This document shows positions 40,701 through 56,966 of a stretch of 64,000 bases of DNA, piece by piece; positions within the stretch are counted from its first letter, which is position 1, and every line of letters starts with the position of its first letter. The translations under genes and the position numbers were made by a program. Below the pieces are notes generated by a model. That model was not told where the DNA came from. It made no database searches and saw nothing but the letters and a program-made list of their open reading frames with translations. Source of the stretch: Neocallimastix sp. 'constans' (Eukaryota); assembly GCA_050613775.1 (NCBI GenBank), contig JBODTK010000016.1, positions 1,302,001-1,366,000 of the forward strand. The letters are read 5' to 3'.

Positions 40701-43121
40701 AATAATAAAATATAAGTATTTATAATTTCTGGGCTTTCATGCATATGCATATTATTATAATAGTAAAATATGTAAATTTTATAATTCAATAAATTAAAAT
40801 TTTAATATATATATATATAATATTTCAAAATTATAAATTGTTTTAAATGATATATCGTATTAATATATAACGATATAGATATATTACAAAGATAACTAAA
40901 ACTACGAATTAATATTATGTAATTTTTTTTATGTTCTGTTCTATTCTGTTTTTTTTTTTTTTTTTTTGCTATTTTTGTTATTTTGATTTTTATTAATTAA
41001 ATTAAGTTCGAACTAAAATTAATATATAAAGCAATATATTGCAATATATTGTAATAACAATAAATTTTATAATTTTTTTAAAAATACAGTCTAATATAAC
41101 TTTTGTTTCCACTTCAAAAGAAATGATTGATTAACATTTTATCAGTGATAGCTTAAAATACTTATAATTAGATTAATATAATAATAAAAATGAAATTATA
41201 TAAATTCTATAATTATATATAACAAATTATGCAGTTTATTTAAAAAACGAAAAAAAAATTAATGATAAAAAGTATTTGTGATGTAACTGATGAATATTGA
41301 TGAATAATATGCTTAGTTGCGATTAAAAATATAATGAAAAAACTCTACCTATTAAAGTTTTTAACTAAAGAAGAAATGATTTTGAAGAAGATCGATACAA
41401 AAAAAGTACAACAAAAAATTATATTTGTTTGTTTAATTAAGTAATTAATTATTTATTTAGTTTGTTAGTTATTTATTTAGTTATTTATCTATTTATCTAT
41501 TTATCTATTTATCTATTTATCTATTTATCTATTTATTAATTTAAAAACTATTTTTTCTTTTTTTTTTTTAATTTTTAATTTTTAATTTATTTTTTTAATT
41601 AAATTTTAATTCTATTTTAATTAAGATTTCTATAGAAAAAATAAATTAAAAATGATTGATGGTAATAAGAAACACAGAATAAAAAAAAAAATTATAATAA
41701 AATAACTTTAAGTTACTAAATAATTCCATATTTAATTAGAAATAATTAAGTTAAAAAAAAAATGGAATTAAAAACGAATATATATAATATCTAAAGAAAT
41801 ATAATATATTAATGTTATGTTATTTAAATAAATATAAAAAATAAAGTATTACTCATTTCGATCTAAAAAATATAATAAAATTTTACTTCTTTTTTTAATT
41901 ATTTAAAACAAAAAAAATTATATTACCTATTCAATTAATGATATTATGTATATAATAATATATTGGAGAGTATATAATATATCAATATAATATATATTAC
42001 TGATTATAAAAATTATTATTTTCATATTGAAAAATCTGTTTTCGATAGTTTCAATATGAATTAACTTCTTTTTTTTTTATATCATGTAAATATTATAATA
42101 CAAATTAGCTTTTAGTTTAATTAGAAAAAAAAATAAATAAATATAAAATTGAATTTGAATTTAAATTTAAAATTTAAAAGTAGTGCCATATTAAAAAAAA
42201 AATATCTATATATATATTAATAATAAATAGTATTATTTTTAGGAAAAAGATCTTTGATGTAATAATTCTTGTAAATATTAGCTATAGTTCTTAAAAGTAG
42301 TCAATATAGAATAAAGCTCTAATATTTATATAATATTTTTAGAAGATAATCCATGACATAATTAAATATGAAAATATAAAATAAAGTAATAAAAAAAATA
42401 GTATATATAAAATAGATAATACTATTTACAAATTAAGTACTCCAATTTATAAATATATCATTCGTTTGATATATTTATTATAAAAAAAAAAAAAACCGAA
42501 AAAAAAAATTAAATTACAATTACAATTATACACGAATTCAATAAAAATTTTAATAATTATAAAAAAAATAATAATAATAATATATATTTTTCCAAATTTG
42601 GTATTATTAATATATTTAAAGTTTTTAATTTACAGAAATTTTATACAAATTAATTTAGAAGAAAAAATTTTTGGTTAAACAAATAAAAAAATAAACTAAT
42701 TATTATTTGAATAAATTGGAATTATATTTGAAAATATTTATATTTTTATAAATAAGGTTTTTTATTCGTAATCCATTAATCAATATAATAATAATAATAG
42801 TAATAATAAAAAGATAAATTTTATTTATAATATTAAAAAATTAGTATTTGTAATTATTTTATATCTATATTATTTTATCAATAGAGGAATTACTTTAATT
42901 TGTATAGCCATCATAAATTCATTATTATCAATAATAATTTTATTATTTATTTTTTTTTTTATATTATTTTGTATTTATATTCTTAAATATTATTTAATTC
43001 ATTTACTATTTCTATTTAATATTTCTTTATTTATATTATTATGATTAATAATCGGAAAAAAATTTTAAAAAGATTTATTAAACTAAATATAGTTTAATAA
43101 CAGAAATTCATGTTTATATTT

Positions 43122-43161
<40 letters not shown>

Positions 43162-43429
43162 AAATCAATATATCAATAGAATATAACAATTGATAGATTT
43201 ATTATTACTATGTATCAAATAATATTTGCTTTATATTGTTGATGATCTCCTTATTATTATCAATAATTCTATTATTACTACTAGCATTACAAAATTAACA
43301 CATACCATTATTTATATATTTATTAATTTATCATTTATTTATTTTTATTTATTTATTTATTTATTATTTATTTATTTATTATTTATCTATTTATTTACAT
43401 ATTAATATTCTACTTCATAAATACTAATT

Positions 43430-43750
43430 TTAAGTTATATAAGAAAGAATAATTTGAATATTCTTTTCCATAGAAAATATCCAATTAATATATTTATTCT
43501 CTTTTATCTTTTTAATATCTTCATCCTGATTATTTAAGCGTTGTTGTTTAGTTTTATTTTTAGTTTCTAAATTATTCATATATAATACTTCTTTTTTCCA
43601 ACCGAGAGGGGAATTTAAATTAACATCTAACTCTGGATCTTTTATTATTATTATTAATATAAATAATAATTATTATTATTATTATTATTATTATTATTTA
43701 AAAATAAATATAGTATTATTATATAAATAATAAATTTAGATTATTTAATA

Positions 43751-43849
<99 letters not shown>

Positions 43850-46800
43850 ATAAATAGATATGTATAAAGATTACTTAAAAATTATTATTAATTATTTATA
43901 GTTTTACCTTGAATATTAAACAATTGATTTAAATTATTTTGAATTTTCAATTTTTCTTGGTTATCAATTTTATGATCATTATCATTATCATCATATAAAC
44001 TTCTGTGATTTTGAATAATGTTATTAATTGTGGTCATTATTAACCAGACACCATCTTCATCCGTTAAACAAATATTTTTATATACTTGTATTGCCTTTTT
44101 TTGTACTAATTCTATATTTCTATGACTACTTAAACTTGGTAATAATAATTTTTCTAATCGATGATATTCTTCTAATTTTAAACCACCATTTGAAGATTTA
44201 TTATCTTTTTCTAATGAATGAATAATAAATGAAAGGGTTTCCAAAATTGAATTTTGTAATTTATTCAAATTTGAATATTTATTCTTAATTTCAATATCAG
44301 ATAAACTATCTTTATTTTCTAAAAGCATAACATCGTCACTAAAAAGTGACTGAGAATCTTTTTTTTTTTTAAAAAAAAAAAATGTTTTTATTATTATTAT
44401 TATCGATATACATATATCATATAATATATATTAATAAAAAAATAAAATAAAATAAAATAAAATAAAATAAAAAAAAAAAAATATTTATAATTAAATTTAA
44501 AAATATTTACTAAATAATATATAATATATTTCAATTATTAATATATATATATATACTATTCCCTTACCTTTTTGATATTTAACTTTTTCAAAATCTTTTC
44601 TTCTTTTAGTATTTGGTGCTCTTTTAAACACTTCAATGGGCATAATTTTTTCATTATATTCTTCAATATAACGAAATAAAATAGGCAATAATTCATCAGC
44701 TACGGCACGATTAAGGAAATCAGCACCAATGGTGGTGGTGGTAATCATTTCATTAATTAATTGAATGGTATCTTTAATGACATGATTAGCAGGATCGTTT
44801 AATCGTTTAAGTAAAGTTGGCCATAATTGATGCACCATAGGGTATAATTCCTTAGGATAATAACCAAATATTTGGAATGAGGCTTTAATCACTCTTAAAC
44901 TTTTGGAACGTAATTCTGGTGAATCTGAATTTATATAATAAGAAGTTTCTTTCACCACTTTTAAACATAATTTTTGATCATAGTTCATTTCAACTGATTT
45001 TTCTTCATCGATTTCTTCTTTTCCTTCTTCATTTTCATTCTTTTCTTCTATATTAATTCCTTCGTGTTCACGTGGATGTTGATCATTTTCTTCTATTGCC
45101 TTTTCATTTTCAAAATTATTTTTATCTTCTTTTTTCTTATGATAATTTTTAAAATAATTTTCGATTTTATTTATGGAATTACTATTATTATTCCTTTTAC
45201 CTTCATTAGTATCTAAACTTTTTCCAGTACTATTCTCTTTATTATTATCAATACTATCATTATTATTATTATCGTTGTTGTATTTTTCATTATTATTATC
45301 ATCATCATCTTCTTCTTCTTCTTCATCAGATGAATTTAAAGAAAGATTTTTCAAGAAAAATGATTGAATTTCTGGATCAGCTTGTTGGAAAATATTAGAT
45401 TGAATCATTTTTTCAATAAATGCATTATTAGTAGGATTATTTGAAGATTTTTTGTTTTCCATTTCTTTTTTATTTTCATTATCACGATCACTTACACCGT
45501 TAGGTTTGATAATATCATTTTCCTTTTCATTTTTATTTGAATGATTATCCATATTATTATTATTTTCTTGTTGAAGTAATGAATGTCTATTTAATACAGT
45601 CATTAATGCTTGGAAAACATCAATCACCAAACATCCAAGACCTGGATTAGTTTTATTTTGATCTAAAATTTCGCAGAGCTCATCAATTGTATCATTCATA
45701 TATTGAATAATTGGATATTGTGATACCTCAATTGCAGCCTTCAACACTCTCGGAGCTTTTATATTATACTCAATGTATCGAAGTTTCTGAGTAACAATAT
45801 TAATAATGTAGTCAACATTATCTAGAATAAGCTCTGAAGCACTAGTATATCCACAAGCCTTACTAACTAAATTAAGACATGACATTGCTAAATCACTAAT
45901 AGTTCGATTAATATCTCCTAATTTTTCTAATAAAATATATAGTGTCTCCATTAAATGAATTTTAAAATTATCTCGCATAATAAGAGAAATAGTGGAGATA
46001 CCTTCAAGAATCAAACAATTCTTTAAAATAATTTCATTGAAGGATTCTATTTTATTTTCTGATAAAATGAATTGCTCATTATCGATATGAGGATGATATG
46101 GATTATTAATTCTATTTGTTAAAGTGGTACTTGTACCATTATCTCTATTACTATTACTATTACTATAATCAATATCTGAAAATAGTTTTTCATCCATTAA
46201 GCTTGTAGGCATATCCAACACTTTTGAATGAGTATATTCAAATAAAATATTTTCTAAAAGATTAAAATAAAGTTTTATTCTATTACTGATGATCTCCTTT
46301 TTACTAGCATTTTTCTTGTCATTATTTAATCGATGATAGCCTCCCATACACACTTCATTTAATAAATAGATTGGTGTAATAGTATTATCAGTAAAATTAT
46401 TATTTATAATATATGTGTTTAAGATGTAATCAATTAAAAAGGAAATATCTCCATAATATCCAATTAAATGACATAATTGAGATAGAACTTTAATAACCTT
46501 ATCATCATGTATATATTTAAAATTCTTTTTAGGAAAAAATCTGGAATATCTATAATATTGAGAAGAAAATCGATAAAAACTATTTTCTTCGACTTCTTTT
46601 TCATTATTACTTTCTTTTCTTAAAATTTGATCATCAGGAGCCTCCTTTGTTTCAAAAAATAATCCTATATCATTAATCTTCGTATTTTTAGAAGCCTCAA
46701 GTATATCTACTTGACTATTATTATAATTATAACGATCTTCTATCAATCGAACATCAGATATATCAAAAGTAAGAATTTCAATAAGACTATTAGCCAAAAG

Positions 46801-48266
46801 TTCAATAGAAGTTTGAATTAATATTGTTGACTCATCTTTTAGCAAAATTAAATAACCATTAGCTAAATTGATCATTTCAAGTTTTGTTTTATCACTTGAA
46901 GAAGTTAATAATCTTGGAAAAGATAATATCAATTTTTCAAAATTTTTTTTAAGTAATTCTAAAAATTGTTGATTATTTTTAAATTCTTTTGAAACTTCAT
47001 TTATTGTTTCCAAACAAAGAACAGATATTTCTTCTATTTCATCATTTAAATAATATACAAGAATTTCTACTAAGGTTTCCATACAAAGCTGTAAAGTTAA
47101 TTTACATTGTTGAATAATAGACTTTGAAAAAAGAATAAATTGTTTTCGAACATTTTGATGAGAATGACCTCTAATGTTAGTTAAAGCATTTAATAAATTT
47201 AAAATTTTCACAGAAGAAATACTAAGCCATTCCTCGGTAACAACTTCGGATTCCACTTTTAAATCATTTTGATCAAACATTTTTTCAATTTCATTTTTTT
47301 CTACATCTTTCAATTCATTTTTTTTTATTTTTTTATTATTATTATTAGAATTATTAGAATTAATACTAATTTCATCGTTTTTATTTTTATCTTTATATAA
47401 ATTTTGTAAGTCATTCCAAGAAAGTGAATCATTTCTCTTTAAAAATCGAGAATTGATATTATCATTAAAAGCTTTACAAATAACTTGATCCAGTACAATT
47501 AATGAATTAACTAATACTCTATGGTTATCATTTGAACTTTCAATACATGTTTTTAATAAATTAGATATAATCCCTGGTACAAATTTTACAATAGTATTAT
47601 AATTTAAAAGGTCTACTAAGTATCTCAATACTTCCAAAGCTTCTAATCTCAGTATTAAAAGCTTTTCTTTTTGAGCCAAATCCAAACAAATTGATATTAT
47701 GTGAGGTACTACCATTTTATATAATTTACTATTCAAATTGTTTCTGTCTGCTATATTTTTCTTTTTAAATGAATCCTCATTCTTTAGAATAATTTCTTCA
47801 CGATTAGGATAAAATTTTACTAGACATAATATACAGTGAATTGCTGAATATTTTAATTCTTCTGAATTTGATTCTTGACTTGCACATTTTGCTGAAGCTA
47901 CCAAAAAATTTTGAAATAATTCCACTGATAATACACAATTCACATGTTCAATAATATAAGTCAAACATTTAAGCACCATTTCAATATTTTGTTTCGATGT
48001 TTTCTTGTCATTAATAATTTGGACTAATGGAAAACATATATAATCTTCCAATTGAATTAAAATTTCAGATTTTTTAATATCAATAAGTACATTATAAAGT
48101 TTTATTAATCTATCGTTAACTTTTGGTAGATGAGCCCATTGAATATAATTCATAACATCTACACATATTGGTCTTATCTATATATACGAATTAATATTTA
48201 TTAATTTAAAAAAAAAATAATAATAATAATAAAAAATAATAATAATTAATACTATAAAATATATTA

Positions 48267-48307
<41 letters not shown>

Positions 48308-48525
48308 GTTATTGTTATTATTATTATTAAATAATTGCAATAATTAAAAACTATAAACTAATAAATTCTATGAAAAATGAAATTTTTCATTAATAATTAT
48401 TTAAACAAAATTACTATTTTATTTTCAAGATTGCATTATATATTATATATATTCATTATTTATTAATAGTATAATAATTAATTAACCTTTAAAAATGTTT
48501 CTTGAATTTCATCCTCCAAATTCAT
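43430..48525 (-). CDS. TTI1: TELO2-interacting protein 1 (TTT complex), 4 exons, ~1435 aa
   Basis: Exons 48525-48487, 48177-44568, 44357-43908, 43638-43430 splice in frame; FLKIRPICV, DYICFPL, LYILLEKLG, ACGYTSASELILDNVDYIIN, LYPMVHQLWPTLLKRL. Confidence 0.85.
43660..43850. repeat. (TTA)n microsatellites in the last TTI1 intron
   Basis: Long uninterrupted TTA run ~43750-43848. Confidence 0.95.
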
Positions 48526-50900
48526 TTTTAAATTTATTATAATTGAATTAAAATAATTTGAAAAATTAAATAATAATTTGTAAAATGGTATATTTTATTA
48601 ACTTAATTGATAAACATATATTCTAATATAATATATATTAAAATTTATAAATTAATTTTTTTAAAAAATAGAAAAATTAACAATCCATTTCCTCTTTTTT
48701 TTTTATTTTAAATTATGTTTTAAAAAAATTATTAATTGTTATATTTTAATTTATTATTTATTTTATAAACTATAATAATTACTTCGTTATATGATTGGTT
48801 GGTTAATAATTAGTTTCAATTAATAAAACAATATTTCTGTAGTATTCTTATTTATTCCACTATAATAATGAAATTTTTAAAATTTATAACAAAAAATAAA
48901 AAAAAATATCGTATTTATTCTATTCTAAATAAAATTTTAAACATTATAAAATATATACATGTATTTTATATATTTATATATATATATATATAAAAATCAT
49001 TACTTATATCAATTAATTAATACTTAACTTTTTTTTTGTTACTTAATATTCTCCTTTTATAATTAAATAAAAATCTTTAAATTATAATAAATGATTATTT
49101 TTATCATTAGTATTTAAGTTGATGATTGTAATCACTTTATTAATATTATTAATATATATTATTTTTTTTTAAAATTTGTTTTGTTATTACATGTATTTAA
49201 ATATCAATTTTTAAAAAAAAAAAAAAAGGTTACAATTATTTTATTATATTGTTATTTATATTTTATTTTATTAATTATATTTTAAATTGATTAGATTACA
49301 TAAACTTTATTATTTGATAAACTTTTTATTAAATATTTTTTTGACTAATATTCTTTAAAAACAATTACAAATAAATATTAAATATATATATTAATATTTA
49401 TAAAAAATATTTATATAAATACTAAAAAACAATAATGAAACAATGAAGTATTTTATAATTATTTATTATCTTGACCAATATTTATAAAAAAAAAAAAAAA
49501 AAAAAGAAAGAAGAAAAAAAGATATATAAAAAAAAATATATATGAAAATTTTACATGTTTTTCAGAAGGAAAAAATAAATTAAAACAATATAGCATCAAA
49601 TAATAATTCTTATAAATATTATTTATTTAAAATAAATATAATTAATTGAACATAAAAAATAAATATATATATTTTTTTTAATTTTTATTATACCTTTTTT
49701 TATAATAGAAACTAAAGATAAGGAATTCAATGTGTAGGTTTTTTTAAAGTTTATAGAATTATATATATAAAAATATTACTTAATGTTTTTTTTTTAAGAA
49801 TTAAAATATATATATGCCATTAATGAATTTTATGTATTTATTTTAGTATACTATATTATATAATAATATTAATACTATTATTCTTCATCATTAATAGAAC
49901 GTTATATTATTGTTAAAAATAAATATATTGACATGTTTATAAATATGAATTTTTTTAATTATTATTATTTATTAGTTTAAAATATACAAATATAATTGTA
50001 TAAAATATAGAATATTAATAATTGTTGACTAAAGGGATAATATTAAAAAAAAAAAAATCAAATTCGTTTTTAAATTTTTTTGTAATACGGTAAAAAAAAT
50101 AATAATAAATAAATAAAAATATAATAATTAATGTCATAGTTTTTATGTTTTAAAGTTTAATTTTATTTTCAAAATAAGAGATAATTTGTAATTATTATGA
50201 TATTATTATTTAAATATTTAATTATTGTTAGTTTAAATAATAAATTATTTCTCTTTTATATTATTTTAAATTATTTTTTAATTTTTTTTTAAAAAAAAAA
50301 AAAAAGATTTTAAAAAGCAATAAAAAACTATATATTAGTTACGTTCGAAATATAAATAACAAATAGTATTAATTTATATGACCATTAATCTAATAATTTT
50401 TTTTTTTTGTTAAATTTTTAATCTTTATGTAAGAAACTTATCATAAAATTGTAATTAAATTAAATAACATATATTAATTTATAAATACAATATATATTTA
50501 AATAATAAAGGTATTATCTTACAAATATTATTCATATATTATTTTATTAATAGAAAAAATTTTTTTTTGAAAATTTCAAACTTTAATAAATAATATATAT
50601 GATGTGAAAATGAATAAATAAATAAATAAGTAAATAAATCAATAAATTAATAAATGAATAATAAATTAATAGATAAATAAATAATATTTATTTTTATTTA
50701 ATTAAATTAGTTATTTGTTTTAATTTAAATAGATATTTTTAAGTTGAACCCATAACAATTGCACTATCAGAAACTTAAAACCTTAATAATTAATAAAATG
50801 ATAATAATAATAAAATGAAACAATAAATATATATATGCATGTTTTTTTTTTTTTTTTTTTTTTTTTTTCCAGTCTTTTTTTAAAAAAATAATTAAAAAAT

Positions 50901-51344
50901 TAATTTTATTTAATTATATCTTATATTTTTTTTATCAATTTTATTTTTTATTTATTACATAAATTATACTTATTAACCCACAACTATTGATTTTTATTAA
51001 TATAAAAAGTATAACCAATTTTCAATATACAATTTAACATTAATATTTTTTTATATAAATTGATAGTTTTATAATATAAGATATAAATTATTATTTTTAT
51101 TTTTATTATTATTTTTGTTATCTAATTTTATTTAATTATATCTTATATTTTTTTTATCAATTTTATTTTTTATTTATTACATAAATTATACTTATTAACC
51201 CACAACTATTGATTTTTATTAATATAAAAAGTATAACCAATTTTCAATATACAATTTAACATTAATATTTTTTTATATAAATTGATAGTTTTATAATATA
51301 AGATATAAATTATTATTTTTATTTTTATTATTATTTTTGTTATC
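50901..51344. repeat. Tandem duplication, 2 x ~222 bp, immediately upstream of the RING-CH gene
   Basis: CTTATTAACCCACAACTATTG at 50969 and 51191; copies look essentially identical. Confidence 0.9.
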
Positions 51345-51434
51345 TTTAAATATATAGAAGTAAAAAAAAAAAAAAAAAACATTTTCAACTTTACATTTTA
51401 TATAATAATTATTAAAAAATTTCAGAAACATAAC

Positions 51435-53280
51435 ATGGATAATAATAATGATGATAATAATATTTGTAGTAATATTAATTTTTCAAAAATAAGGACGAAG
51501 TCAAAATTGGAAATATATAATCGTCAATGTTGGATTTGTCTTCAGAATGAATTTAAAGATGAAATTAATCCAATATCAGGAAAACCCGACCTTATAGATC
51601 CCAATGAAAAGTGGTTAACCCCATGTCGTTGTAAAGGTTCAACACAATATGTAGTAAGTAATATATTTTATTAAAATTTGAAAAATGTATTATATATATA
51701 TTTATTAATAAAAATAATTTTTATAACATAAAAATATCTAAAAATTATATTTAATAATATAAATAATAAAATGATAAAAATAATTTTTATAACATAAAAA
51801 TATCTAAAAATTATATTTAATAATATAAATAATAAAATGATAAAAATAATTTTTATAACATAAAAATATCTAAAAATTATATTTAATAATATAAATAATA
51901 AAATGATAAAAATAATTTTTATAACATAAAAATATCTAAAAATTATATTTAATAATATAAATAATAAAATGATAAAAATAATTTTTATAACATAAAAATA
52001 TCTAAAAATTATATTTAATAATGTAAATAATAAAATGATAAAAATAATTTTTATAACATAAAAATATCTAAAAATTATATTTAATAATATAAATAATAAA
52101 ATTATAAAAATAATTTTATAAAATATATTTATCTATTTAAGCATGAAGAATGTTTAATAAATTGGATTAAATTAAAAAGAGAAATGGACCAAAAAAGTAA
52201 ACTTTGTTGTCCAAGTTGTCAGACACCTTACACCATTTTAATTCCAAAAAAAACTTTATTTCAACAATTTTGTTTTTACGTAGTTGATAAAACAAACCAA
52301 ATATTACAACTTTTACCACTTGTTATTAAATATATTTGTATTAGTTATTGTATATGGGAATTTAATTACTTTTATGGGTATGTATATATAATGTCTTTAT
52401 GTATATTATAATTAATATTATGAACTAAAAAAATTATATGTAATAACATATTCGATACATATATCTTTTATTGTTTTATTTGACATTTTTAAATTTTAAT
52501 AGAAAGTTTATTCTGACAACAATGTTTGAAAAAGAATTTAAAAATGAGAGATTAAGTAAAAATATAGAATTACAAGATTTTTTATTTAGATGTTTCCCAG
52601 CAACTTTAATATGTATGTATCTTTCTTTTTATATATATACAAGATATCTACATAATTAAAATAACGTATTTTTAATATTATATTTCTATGATATAAAATA
52701 ATATAAATATAATAAAAATATTATATTTGATGCTTGAATAATACTAGTTTTACTAATGAATTTTTAAATGTTATATTAATGTTAATAGCGATGTTATTTA
52801 TTCCATGGGAATTTTCATTTTTGATTAGTGCCGCAATTATGCAATTTACCACTGATAAAGAAATAATGATAGCTATGATTTTATTATATTCTGTTTCATG
52901 CGATTTCTTCTCTTCTGCAATAAGATTATTTTTAGATTATATTTATACTTTAAAACTTAATTTTTGTTTAAGAGATGATGAAAAAACCAAAGAACAAAAA
53001 CGTTTAATAAAATTATCAAGATCTATATCTTTTCCAAATGCTAGAGTACATATAAACGAAAACTTTATTTCACCTTCATCATTTATTTTAAAAATTCATA
53101 TTTTGGAAGAAACTCAAAATCTTATGCAAGCAAATCCCCAAGTTCTTTATGTTGAATATGAAAAAGCAATTATTTTATTAGCAGTAATAAAAAGTAAAAT
53201 ACTTCATTTCTTGTTAACTGAAACTAACAGAAATGCTAACATTCGCAGACAACAGAATGAAGCTAACATAATAAATAATA

Positions 53281-53316
<36 letters not shown>

Positions 53317-54773
53317 TCAATAATGATAATAATAATAATAATATTAATAACAATAACAATAGAGCAATCAATAATGGAGTAAACAATATGAATAATAATA
53401 ACAATGATAATAGTAATAATATTAATATAAATGTAAATAATTTAAATAAAAATTTAAGTATATCTACAATGAATGTGAATGTAAATAGTAATTATAATAA
53501 TGTTCTCAATGATAATGAATTTAATAGAAAGACTAATAATTTCAATGAAAAAAATACTCATGTTAGGCATCATAAAAAATGTCAGTCTTTACCTCCATAT
53601 TTAAATAAAGATCTTTTAAAAGATAAAGCTTATTCATGCTCAGATTTAAGTCATGATGAAGACTGTCATTGTAACAAATTAATGGAAGATAAAAGCATTT
53701 CAATTACTAATATGTTAGATGATAATAATGATAATTCCTTTCAATATCTATTAAATAATCCAAGAAGTAAAAAGTATGGTGAAATGATTGATAGCAATAT
53801 TGATGATAAATTAAAAAGTTCTCTTAAAAATATTCTTTCAAATAAAGAAAATAATTTTATGAAGATTTTAAATAAACAAAAATCTTTATATACAAAATTA
53901 ACTGCTAGTAATACATCATTAAATAAAGGTAGTAGTTTATCCCCAACTAAAGATCAAAAAATGATAAATAAAGAACATGTTTTATCTAATAATTCTTTAA
54001 ATAATCCATCTTCATCTAATGTTATTGCTAGCTCATCTAAAAATATATCATCTTTATCATCACCTTCAAAACCAAGTAGAAGGAGTAATTTATCATCATC
54101 ATTTAAACAAGATGATTCATTTATTGATAGTATAGAGAATAATTCCAGTAAAAATAACAATACTAAATTAAATGACAATAATCACAATAGCAGCGATAAT
54201 AATAGCATGGATAAAAAGAATCCACAAAATAGTATAACTAATAATACAAAAAATAATGTATCAAATAATACCCAAAATAATGTACATAATAATGTACAAA
54301 ATAATATACCCAATATTGCACAAAATAATGTTCAAAATAATGTACAAAATAATGTACAAAATAATGAAAGAAATAATGCACAAAATATGAATAATCATGG
54401 AAACAAAGAAGCATATTTAACTATAAATATTACTAATGTGAATACTCATATTAAAAATTTAATAATAAAAACTTTATCTTTACCAGTTATAGCATTAATA
54501 ATTGGAAGATTAATAAACTGGTCTGTATTAATTGTTCAATTATTATTGAAAAATCTTCATTTATCTAACGATATTGAATATAATGATGTTTTAAGCAGTT
54601 TTAAAACAAATTCATTAATATATACATCTATTGGTATTATTATTGCATCTTCATTTTCAGATTTTTGTAATTTGTATTACAATTATTCCAAAAATATAGA
54701 AAAACAAAAATTAATAGTTTTAAATCATCAAGATTTTTCAAAAAATTTAAGTAATTATACTTCAATCAATTAA
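51435..54773 (+). CDS. RING-CH (MARCH-type) membrane E3 ubiquitin ligase with large Asn-rich insert
   Basis: CWIC...PCRCKGSTQYV|HEECLINWI...CPSCQTPY (C4HC3) split by intron 51654-52141; hydrophobic segments follow; internal exon boundaries near 52377-52790 are less certain. Confidence 0.85.
51709..52120. repeat. Intronic minisatellite, 6 x 66 bp
   Basis: TAATTTTTATAACATAAAAATATCTAAAAATTATATTT... recurring every 66 bp (51715, 51781, 51847, 51913, 51979, 52045). Confidence 0.95.
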
Positions 54774-55325
54774 TATATATATATATATAATTATTTCTTT
54801 TTTGTTATTCTTTTCATATATATATATATATATTGATATTTATTATTTTAATAATTTTTTTTCTCAAAATTATATTATTTAAAAAGTATAAATATTATTA
54901 TAATTATTTTTTATTATAGAATTATTTATTTATTTATTTATTTTATTTACTTTATTATTTTAAATATAAATATATATAAATTCATGTATATATATTTTAT
55001 TTATTTATATTTTATTTAATAAATTCTATCTATAATTGTATTCTTTTTTTTTTTTTTTTTTTACATATTTCTGTAATATGCTATTATAAAAAGATAACAT
55101 GTTTTTTTTTTTTTTTTTTTTTTTATGAAATTATATAAATATACATAAACATTAAAAAATGCTTTACTAATTCAATACTGCATATTAAGTTACGTGATAA
55201 TTATAATAGTAAAATCTAAATACATTTAACTTATTTATTATCATTTGTTTATTTTATTGTGATTTTCAGATTTAACATATTAATTTATATGACAATTTAT
55301 TACATTAAACCTTCCAAATCTAATA

Positions 55326-55366
<41 letters not shown>

Positions 55367-55773
55367 TTGTTGTTGTTGTTGTTGTTGTTGAATTGTAACT
55401 ATTATATTTGTGCATACAACTGCAATCCCAATAATTACTAGTTTTACTACAATAATAAAATTTTTGAGTAGTAATAATCTGATGTACCTTCATTTATCAT
55501 AATTTTTTACTACATTTAATTAATATTTTTATTTTAAAAATTAGAATTTTTAATTATTTATATTAAATCAATATATAATTTTTATTTATGGTTAAAATTT
55601 TGAAAGAACTATTATCTAAAAAAAAAAAAAAAAAAAAAAAAATTAACAGATTCTGAAATAGAAGCCCCTACCAAAATTGTTTGTATTTTTAAAAAAATGT
55701 TCATGTAATTAATAAATGAATAAATAAATAAAGATAAAGTTTGCAATAATTGCTGAACTAATATATATATATA

Positions 55774-55812
<39 letters not shown>

Positions 55813-55980
55813 GATTTAAAAATTGTAAAGAATACTGAAACAATTATAGGCAAAGAAGAAATTGGGATATATAATATGTTATAAAAAAATGAAATAAAAG
55901 CAAAACAAAACAAAATTAAAAAAAATATATTTATGTAACGTAACATGATAACAACATTTATTTTTTATAATTATTGTTAT

Positions 55981-56028
<48 letters not shown>

Positions 56029-56170
56029 TTTATTTTATTCTTTTATTTTATTAATTTTTTTATATAGATTAACAAATAGATATAAAAATTAAAAAATATT
56101 AATTACTTTTTTTTTAAGAAAGTATTTATAAAGATTTATAAAAGTTTTTTTAAAAAAAAAATTATTAAAT

Positions 56171-56210
<40 letters not shown>

Positions 56211-56782
56211 TTTTAATAATAAAAATATTTAAATTAAAAGAGCTGTTGTTAATAGATTATAAAAGCAACAAATTATTATAATAAAAAAAATTATTGAATA
56301 TTATAAATATTATTATAAATAAATAATTAAATATATATATATATATAAATAAAAAAAAATTATAAAAGATATAAAACTATTTTAATGCAATATAAAAAAT
56401 AAAAATAAAAAAATATAAAAAATATAACAATATTTCACTGTTAAAAAAAAAAAAAAAAACAATAACAATAACAATAAAGTACATATGATTTAAATTATTT
56501 AATAGCTATATCTTTGATTATATTAATTATTAAGTTTTTTTTTTTGTTTTTTTTGTTTTTTTTGTTTTTTGTTTTAATAACCAAATTTGTAAATTATTTA
56601 TATATGTATTGAAATATCTGATATATGATTAAAATAAATAACAATTTATTATTATTATTATTAGTAGTAGTACAGTATTAAGGATTAACATTTAAATATT
56701 AATTTATAAACTAATTTTAATAATAGTATTATATATATGGATGGTTGATTGTATATTTTATAAAATTTAATATATTTTAAGA

Positions 56783-56813
<31 letters not shown>

Positions 56814-56966
56814 GTTATTGTTATAAATAAGATATGAATATATTTATCGTAATTTCATTGTATTACTAAAGTTATTTAATTGTCATACGATTTTTTTTTT
56901 TAATTGTCATTAAATATGGATTATTTATTTATTTATTTATTACATTATTTTTCTCATTCTCTTTCT

